A DNA stretch of 64,000 nt. Origin: Nageia nagi. Taxonomy: Eukaryota > Plantae > Pinophyta. The translations under genes and the position numbers were made by a program. The stretch lies in assembly GCA_050084985.1 (NCBI GenBank), contig JBITNC010000001.1, forward strand, positions 80,414,001 to 80,478,000. The letters are read 5' to 3'. The first letter of the stretch is position 1; every line of letters begins with the position of its first letter. The notes beneath the pieces are model-generated. The model was not told the origin of the DNA, made no database searches, and worked only from the letters and a program-made list of their open reading frames with translations. This document shows, in pieces, positions 55,321 to 64,000 of the stretch.

Positions 55321-55649
55321 CTTTTGTACTGATAATCAACACATGTTTTATATATAGTAGGTGATTATAAGTATTAACTTGGCATCCTCCATGATGACTT
55401 ATCATGCAACATAAATCCAAGTATCTTTTAGTGACTATGAGTATTGGCTTGGCATCTTCGTGATGACTTATAGTGCACTAGTGGCCACACTCTTTTCTAC
55501 TTCCATGATTATAGAAGATAGATCCATGATGATGGATTATTTACATATTTTTGATAAAATTTAAATAATTTTGATTGATTCATGCTACTAATTTCATCAT
55601 TTCCCTCTTAACTAGTAGCATGGTTAAGATGGAATTCTAAGTCTAAAAT

Positions 55650-55810
55650 CTTGACTCACTCTTGGTAAAGTCAAGTTTATTTGTTATGATATCTTGACTC
55701 CCTCTTGGTATTTTCAAGTTTCTTTATTGTGGCTTCTTGACTCACTCTTGGTAAATTTAAGTATATTTCTTGTATGATATTGTGGCTTACTCTTGGTAAA
55801 GTCACATTTC
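55650..55810 (+). repeat. Four copies of a roughly 44-bp unit with a TTGACT...AGTCAA palindromic core
   Basis: ttgactcactcttggtaaagtcaag and variants at about 55651, 55695, 55737 and 55783. Confidence 0.8.
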
Positions 55811-57169
55811 TTTATGGCCCCTTCTGGCTTTCTGCATCTTAATATGGTAATTACAATGGCCTTTTATGCCTTATGATATTTGTTTTTTCCTTTACATCTT
55901 GATGTCAATATTGGTCAAGTTGGCATTTATTCTTGGCATGATTCATGTCACATTGTCACACATGTATTTGTTTAATGAAGTTGTCATCAAGGGGGACAAA
56001 ATGTTAGGTTGGTTGTATTGGTGTGATGCCACCCCTCATGTAAAACAAATACAACACCAAGAAATAAATACAAAATAAAGAATGATAAATGCTAAATACA
56101 AATAAAAGTATCACTTTTTTCATTTTTGATGCATATTAATTGGTTGATAATGCATATGTCTTGATATATGCACATGTGATATTCTTAGATATCATAGTTG
56201 ATGATTTATGTCATCCTTGTTGTTGTGCATTTATGATTTTTTTACATCTTTATATGCTTTATTATGATCAATGTATGGATAATATGATTTGATTCATGTT
56301 AATATGAATTTATAATGCTTCTAACTAATCTTGTTATAAGCTGATTGTAGTTTTCAAGTTTTCTCTAAGAGATTGCAGGTTACTTATGACAATAGCTATG
56401 AGACTTCTTATTTTTTGGCATTTAGATCTTAAACCTTCTCTCCTTTATATAAAGTCTTAAAATGTCTCCTTTCTCTCAAAATTGTAAGCTTTGTTTGGCT
56501 ATATGTACACTTTGTAGCATGAGTAAAACCTCTTTGTAAAATCATTATTTTTCTAATCATTCTCAAAATAACATTAAGGGGGAGTGTTAGAATTATAATG
56601 TTATTTAGGTAATTCTATAATTAATATGCTTAGCATATTAATAATCACCTAAATTTGGTTATTAGGTGATAATGAGGTTCATGCATGGTGGGTGGAATAG
56701 TATTCTCCACCCAACTTAAAATAATATTATTAGTTGGAATAGTGTCTCCACTAACAATTATATGTAATTCTATATTATAACTTAGGGTTAACTAACCTAT
56801 TGTGGTTATGTTATTTAACTACCTAAGGTTAGTTTTAAGTCCTATAAAAAAAATCTTATTTTGTGAAGATTTGTAAGAAGATGAAGATGGGAAGTTGTTA
56901 GTATAAATCTTAGTTAGTAAGATCTGAAGCATGCAAGCTATGCTTCATGCTAAAGAGAGTCATGGTTGAGATCTATATGTGTGTACATTATTTGAGAGTA
57001 TAGTGAAAAGGAGACCTAAAATGGAGTACTCCATGTGATGGAGGAACCACTATACATCTTGTGTTACTATGTGAGAATGAGTTCTTAGTTTAGAATGATT
57101 AATTGCTATATTTGATGAAGATCATACAAGTGTTCTTAGGTTATGGAATCCTTCAATTCCATCAATGCC

Positions 57170-60100
57170 CAGTTGATGTCTCTTACTGTAGCTCTATATT
57201 CCCATAGTATTGCATGAATCCTTTTATCCCATGTATTTACCTACAATGTTGTATCCTTAGAAAGTATCTGAAATAAGACATAATTAGTTTGTTCTACCTA
57301 GCTATTGGTGCTTGGTTTGTAAGTATTTACCTTTATATGCTTGATTATAAATCAACTTAACAAATATTATACTACCTCATTGATGAAGTTGGTTTCTTGA
57401 TCTATCACAATCTCTAATGGACATCCAAATCTTATCATAATGCACTCATACAAAAATCTTGCTACCTCTTCCATTGATGCTTCCTTTAATGATCTTGATT
57501 CTACCCACTTAGTAAAATAATTTGTAGCCATAAAAATATATCTATTTCACTTTGGTGTAGGAGGTAATGATCTTACAATGTCAATTCCCAATTTCTCAAA
57601 TGGTCCTAAGGGAAGAATAAGACATAATGGTGTTGATGTTGTTCTATGATTCCCATAATAATTAAAAGTATCACAAATTTTATAATAAAAGAAATAATAT
57701 TTAAAAAGAGTGATCCAATAATAACCTACATCCAATAGTAATCTTGTTTTCAATTTTCCAAATAATATCCTTTGCATATGCCATCATACATATCTCTTAT
57801 TAACTCTTTCCCTTGATCACATCCCATGGTACAAAGATATTTTCCATTTATTCTAACTTTATTAAAACCCCATCCGTAAGTGTATAGAGTATAATTTCCT
57901 ACGTAATTTTCCTTTTTATCTTGGATGTTTCCCCCTCTATAAATTTAAATTCACTCAAGTAATTCCAAATGTCAATGTAGTAATTTGGAATCATCTTCAT
58001 AAAAAACAAAGTTGCATTAGGAAAATCATCATCATAAGAATATTTAATGCTTTCATATGATCTAGATAGTGCATCATGTTAGAGTTGAAGCCCATCCAAT
58101 GTCCATAATTGGAGAAACTCTATTTCTTTATTTCCAATCGACAATGATAGTATCCACTAGTACTAACTAGCCTACTAGCTAGCATAATAGACAATTGGCC
58201 TATCGGTTAGGTCAACCAATCTGCTAAGCATCGATTCATTTTGTATGTGGACTATGCATGGTAGTTAGATGGTTTTCTTGTTGTTTTGTGAGATTTTTGT
58301 TCTCACACTTCATTTTGAGGTTTGATAGAGCTAGGAAAATATATGTAGACATCAATAAACAATCTATACTTGTTTACACATGGATTTAGAGGTTGTTATT
58401 AGTAGGATTAGTTTTTTTGACAATCATTCTTTATGGTTTACTTGCAACAATCAATTTTGTATTCTAGCTTCTTCCATGAAGCTATAAATTCATGTAATTT
58501 CATTTAGTAATATAATGTGAGTTCCACATATCATAATTATTATATTTCTTTCCTAATCTATCCATAATATCAAACTCATATTCTTGTAATAGGATTATCT
58601 AACTTGTAATCCTTCTCATAGGATTAGGCTTATTAATGATATACTTTAAAGCTTGATGATTAGTAACCATAGTGAACTTTTTTCCCAACAAGTAATTTCT
58701 AAATTTCTTCAAATAAAAAATTATATATAAAGCTTTTTTTTAGTGAATATATAATTTGGCTCAGCACTGCTCATCTGTTAACTTTCAAAATGGATAGGAT
58801 GATCATTTCCAACTTCGTATTTTTAGCTAAATGTAATACCTAATTCTTTATCTGATGCATCCATGTAGACTATGAATGGCTTACTTCAAACAAGATTATT
58901 CAAAATAGATGTTGTTACCAATACTTATTTTAGCTCCTTAAAAGCTTCTCTTACTTCTTTTCCTAGTTCATATGATACATCTTTTTTTAAAAATTGATTC
59001 AATGGCTAAGCAATCCTGGAGAAGTTCTTGATAAATATTATATAGTACCCAACATACCCAATAAATATCTTAACTTGCTCTTATTCTCTAGGAATGAAAG
59101 TTTCTTAATCTTAGCCACCTTCTCTTGATCAATTTCAATACCACTCTTGGATACAACATATCCCAAAAGTACTCCCTTTGAGCATCCAAAAATACATTTG
59201 GCTAGATTCAATTATGCTTTTGCTTCATGCAATAGTTTGAAATCTTTCTCAATTTTTCCTAGGAATTTTCCTTCTTTCCATATATACAAAAATTATCTAG
59301 AAAAATTCTAATGAATGTTCCAATATAAGGCTCCAAAACTCTATTCATAAGTCTTTTAAATGTAGCAAGTGCATAATCCAAAGGTTATTACTCAGTAAGA
59401 AATGTACCCCATGGAGTGGTGAAATTTGTATTCAAATGATTTTTATCTACTATTTGAACTTAGTTATATCCACTATAACCATGTACAAAATTGTAGCAAT
59501 CATATCATGCCACTTCATCCAAAATGTGATCTAAAAAAGGAAGAGGATGATTATCTTTCTTTGTGAATTTATTCAACTTTCAATAATCCATGCATATTCT
59601 TATCTTACCATTATTCTTTCAATATACCACAATAGGAGAAACCCATTCTAAATTATCTACAAAAAAGTTAAATCTTGCATCTAAGAGGTTTCCTATTTTA
59701 TCCTTAATACTTTTAGAGAATTACGGATTCATCCTATAGGGCATCTGTTTAATGGGCTTATTATTCTCAATCAATTTGATTGAATTTTCTATCCATGTTA
59801 CTTGTTATAAATCCTTATAATCAAAGGTTAAACAATAAATATACCTTCAAAAAAGCTAAAAATACTCTTCTCTATGATTTTCTTCAATAGCATCCCAAAA
59901 TCATAGTTGTTGCAAACAATGCTCCACCTCTTCCTTTGTAAAGTGCATAGTAGATTTAGTAGGTGGAGTTGGTAATATATCAATAATGGATACATTAACA
60001 TCCTCCTCATCTTTAATACCCACATCACTAGTACTTATATAGCCTAAAGATGTCCATTCTTCACTCTCATACTCTGATTTCTTTGCATTAAGGCTTAAGG

Positions 60101-61580
60101 GGACTACTGGAATTCTCACTTTATCTCATTCTATTATCATGTATCCATCATTTCAGTAATTATGAGCATGAAATATTCCTAATCATGGCCTTTCCAAGAG
60201 CATGGGATAAGCCATCAAATCATCCTTAATCACTTCGAAATCTACCAGAAAAATAACTCCAACAATAGAAATAGCAACATTTGAAATAATGCCTTAAGGT
60301 TTTATTTTACCCTTATTTAATGACCTCAACTATAGTGTGGATTCATGATTAATTTTTAACCATAGCATATTCATAACAAAAATTATCATAATATTTACAA
60401 TAGCATTATTTTAAACTACCTTAGCTCTAGAAACATATGGATCCACTTTCATTTCCAAGATAGGAACATTTCCTTGCTTCTTCTTTTGTGCATTGGTTCC
60501 ACTTTGCAATTCTCTCCTCTTATAAGAAGATAATGCTAACAATTATCCATATATTATATTGGTAGTACATGATGATATATCCTCCAGTATTGAATAAGTT
60601 ACTTGGTCTTGGGAGATTTAAAATTCTTGGACACCTAATCTTCTTCTCTTACATTTTTTGTTACCCTCTTATATCTTCTTAGCTTCTCATTCTCCTTAAT
60701 TTACATGCTCCTTCACATGCTTTATGGAAAAAATATTAGTTGCTTCTTCTTTCACCACATCTATAGGTGCCTTAACCTTTTCATCCTTTGTTCCTAAAGT
60801 TTATGGCTTACTCAGATAATTAGTCTTATAGTGTCCTTTGTTACCACATCCATAGCATGTGATATATGCAACATTTTTTAGGACCATAATCTCCCCTTTG
60901 GGGTCATTATAACTTCCTTGTATGATATTAATATCCAATTATCCTATTTTATGAATCAAGTCATCATATTTTTTTGAAGAGACGAAAATCAATGATGTAC
61001 CTAGTGTTAAAGGCCCTGCAGTAGCACTTGGTTTAGGATGAACTATGCTTTCTTCTAGTTCTTCCTTCATGATTTCCTCTTTGCTATCTCCTTGGCTTGT
61101 TCCATGGTGGTAGGCCTTTTGTATTTCACCCTTTATCAAATATCTTATCTCATTCATGAGATGAAGTGATTTAGGAACAATCTATCTATATCATCAATGA
61201 CTCTATCACCAAGATTCTCCTTTTAAATTTGAGCCTTGATCTTCCTCCTTAATTCTTGCAATCAAGCATAGTAGTCTCTAATCTTATTGTTTGCTCCTTT
61301 TTCCAACTTGGTGATCTCGATCATGGGTTCAAAGTAATTTTCTCATGGTTCAAAATCTTCAAGAAATCTCTCTTGAACTTGATCCTAAGAATTACTTACA
61401 ACTTCCTCTAGTGTCTCATACCATCGATGAGTTGCTCCATTAAGGAAGGGAGGAAGGAAATTCATCCATTATGCCTTGATATTCAATCCATTGCAATGCA
61501 TGATATATTGAACTCTTACATAAATGCTTGAGCATCCTCATGAGATTGAGCAATAAAAATAGGAATTTTACCCATGGTAA
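57170..61580 (-). pseudogene. Gypsy gag-pol remnant (integrase tail continues at 49436-49867)
   Basis: Zinc knuckle CYGCGNKGH near 60830-60857; RT IFLDNFCI near 59285-59306; DALSR at 58061-58075; integrase PLGPFEKLGIDIV (ORF 57547-57777). Confidence 0.9.
58077..58528. mobile_element. 452-bp solo LTR inserted at the end of the Gypsy RNaseH
   Basis: TG...CA ends; TSD CATCA/TATCA; Gypsy coding resumes on both sides. Confidence 0.75.
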
Positions 61581-62707
61581 CAAAAGACTCTTATAACTAC
61601 AAGATGACTACTAATGAGGAATGGTCCTAGAAATGGAACCAAAAATGTTACCTATTTTATCAGGTCTTCCTCTTGCAATGATCTTTCATCTTGATGCACT
61701 ACTTTACTTAGTGGTTATGCAATTTAGATACTATGACCAACACAATAATCATACAATAGAATAATGATAAAATATTATTGATGAAAGTGAAGATACAAAT
61801 ACAATAAGAGTTGCAATATAGTAAGAAACTCTCACAATGAAATAAGCAATCCAACACAACCACTATCACAACTTCATAATGAGAACCTTCTTACAACAAA
61901 ACTCCAATCTTCTTTTCACTTGGATAATCATGGACATAATATAACACTTGACATACTTATGACACTAATACTCAATATGCATCACACATATATAAACTTC
62001 TTCACAACTTCAACTCAACTTGACTTTACTTAAACTTGACTCCCACTATACTTGCTCTAGAATTTGTACTCAACTTGCACTAGAATTTTTCTTAGCTTGC
62101 CTTACATGCCCATAGCACTCTCTATTTATAAGCTAGAGAAGATATCTAGATTTCTCTACAACTTGAATTTTAAAATACATTATATCTCCATCTCTAAAAA
62201 TATCCAAACTGCCTTTAGAAATATCGATGAGATACCACATGGATATTTTGGCACATAACCCTTTTCTATAAATCTCTTTTAAATATCAAAAACTACTTTC
62301 ATATCATTACATATCCTTGTGCCACATAATCCTATGGATAATTATAGAACATATATCTTCCAAATATTACCTATGGATGTTTCTTCTACTTACCATTTAC
62401 CTTTTACCAGTTACTATTTTATTTTTTATCATACTTTACCAACTTAAAGTCCTTATAGTAAACTTATACTACTAATCATTGTTATGTCCCTATCTCTTTA
62501 TTCTAGTTACGTTGTTATTCCATTACAATTATAACTATAGCTTATTGATGGATGTTGTTATTCCATTGTGGCTATAACTATAACTTATTGGTGGGCATCA
62601 TTATCTTGCACATCAAGTTGTTTTCTAGCCACTATTATTGATTGTGATACATACAAGTTACATAGAGATACTATATATTTACTGGAAAAATTTAATGATG
62701 ATAGCTC

Positions 62708-63205
62708 TGAAGGATTTGAACTAGATCTAAACAAATCCTCTAGGACCTTAGACTAGGAAGCTAAATCATTCATCATCTATAATTCTAAGAACATCATTCA
62801 CACAATATGACACCAATATAATGTGGTTCCTCCCTCCTTGGGAGTACATCCACAACTAGTTCTCTATTCTCAATCTATGTCTCTCTTACAACTATTTTAT
62901 AGCTCTCTCCTACACAACCAAGTAGAGTAATCTTACTCCAAGACTTAGATATGTTTACAAGAGGAGAGGCCCTCTATTTATAGCTTGAGAGCACCTCCCT
63001 AACCTTCCTTTAACCCAAGGGTAAGGTTAGGGTTACATTAAATGTATCAACTAACTTCAACCTACCAACTAACCACTTTGGTAAAGTCAAAGTCTACATA
63101 TTAAAGAATTCAATTAATCTCTTAAGGTATCTACATACCCTTAAGTGATTAATTGAATTTACAAGGAGTTTAGATATTCACAATATTTCATTACAAATTC
63201 TAACA
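62708..63205 (-). mobile_element. Solo LTR of the element A family
   Basis: Reverse complement aligns with 15398-15828 plus an extra segment of about 57 bp. Perfect TSD AGCTC at 62703-62707 and 63206-63210. Confidence 0.95.
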
Positions 63206-64000
63206 AGCTCCATATGGGAATCTATGTGAAGGGCTAATTTTAAATAAGAAAATAACCTCAAGTCTATCCTCTTTACCATAATGTTACTTGGTAATGATAA
63301 AATGTTGGATGTATGGGATATATGATTTGATAAGATTGAAAGCTTTTTGCACACATGAATTTGGTTAACAATTAAAGCATGCTTTGTTGATTACTTTTAT
63401 TTAATTCAACATGTATGTTTGATTAATTTGAATGAATTCAACATATATGGTTGATTTATTTGAACAAATTCAAAATTTATGATTGATTAATGATTGACTA
63501 AATTGAACAAAATCAACATGTATGGTTGATTTTGGTTCTTAAAGTTAACATGCTTACATTGGTTAACACTTCCCCTTCTTTTGTAGCAAATAGGATACTC
63601 ACTTTTACCCAAGCATATCCTAGATCATTCCAACTATGGAATTTAGGAACCTAATATGGGGATGACTATAATAGAAATGATTTTAATAACTATTATGCCA
63701 AATATGAGATCAAGAGGAAGTTTACAATGTAATTCCCCCAAATTGTACTCTCCAATAATAAGCAAATTTCCCTATAACTAGGGATTCCAAAATACCCCCA
63801 AATTGAAACCCTAGCCCCACATTAGGGTCTTTGAAACTCAAACCCTCATAGTTATTTGATGTCATTCCTCTAAGGCTCTACTCTTATTAGGACTACCCAC
63901 GTCTAGCCTAATTTACTAGTATTAAAAATAATGAGTATCATATACATGCAATAATTATCCTATCTCAACAAACCACTGGAAAATCAACATAAATCTAAGA

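Larger units (their letters stand above)
49873..57164 (+). mobile_element. Non-autonomous Copia-type element D (relative of A) nested in the Gypsy integrase
   Basis: LTRs 49873-50458 and 56585-57164 (about 8% different by eye). TSD ATGCC at 49868-49872 and 57165-57169. PBS at 50461. PPT ttaagggggag 56574-56584. Only the last 60 nt or so of pol remain (54540-54600). Confidence 0.93.
48176..62703 (-). mobile_element. Old Ty3/Gypsy element, minus strand
   Basis: LTRs 48176-49390 and 61646-62703 are alignable. PPT tcttctcctcc at 49391-49401. Degenerate PBS at about 61625-61641. TSD ACTC/GCTC. Domain order gag-PR-RT-RH-INT. Confidence 0.9.

Noticed and set aside
63340-64000. Short degenerate repeats and a possible new LTR start (tgtaattccccc at 63728)
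   Set aside because: Cut by the window end; no partner LTR or TSD to support a call.

Overview
AT-rich, strongly CpG-depleted eukaryotic nuclear DNA, almost certainly from a large land-plant genome (gymnosperm-like; inference from TE types and decay pattern). I see no intact host gene and no RNA gene. The window is two stacks of nested transposons, resolved from TG...CA ends and target-site duplications (TSDs). Stack 1 (9371-43124): an old Copia element contains large solo-LTR-like elements, a CACTA transposase remnant and a full-length LINE; the LINE is split by a very young Copia element (A, 15398-23738). Stack 2 (44991 to about 63330): a Copia element related to A (C) contains a minus-strand Gypsy, which contains a non-autonomous relative of A (D) and a solo LTR; a further solo LTR sits at the Gypsy end. 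Most notable: (1) A, C and D share a TGAG|GTAA splice donor just after the PBS, and A has an acceptor just before gag, so the long leader looks like an intron. (2) A carries in that leader an intron-less 5' piece of a BSD2-like chloroplast chaperone mRNA. (3) D has replaced gag-pol with about 2.4 kb of decayed non-TE coding sequence weakly resembling a negative-strand RNA virus L protein. (4) A CpG-rich array of truncated PPR repeats at 38.2-39.1 kb resembles a TAS-like/PHAS locus. All homology calls are by eye and need database confirmation.
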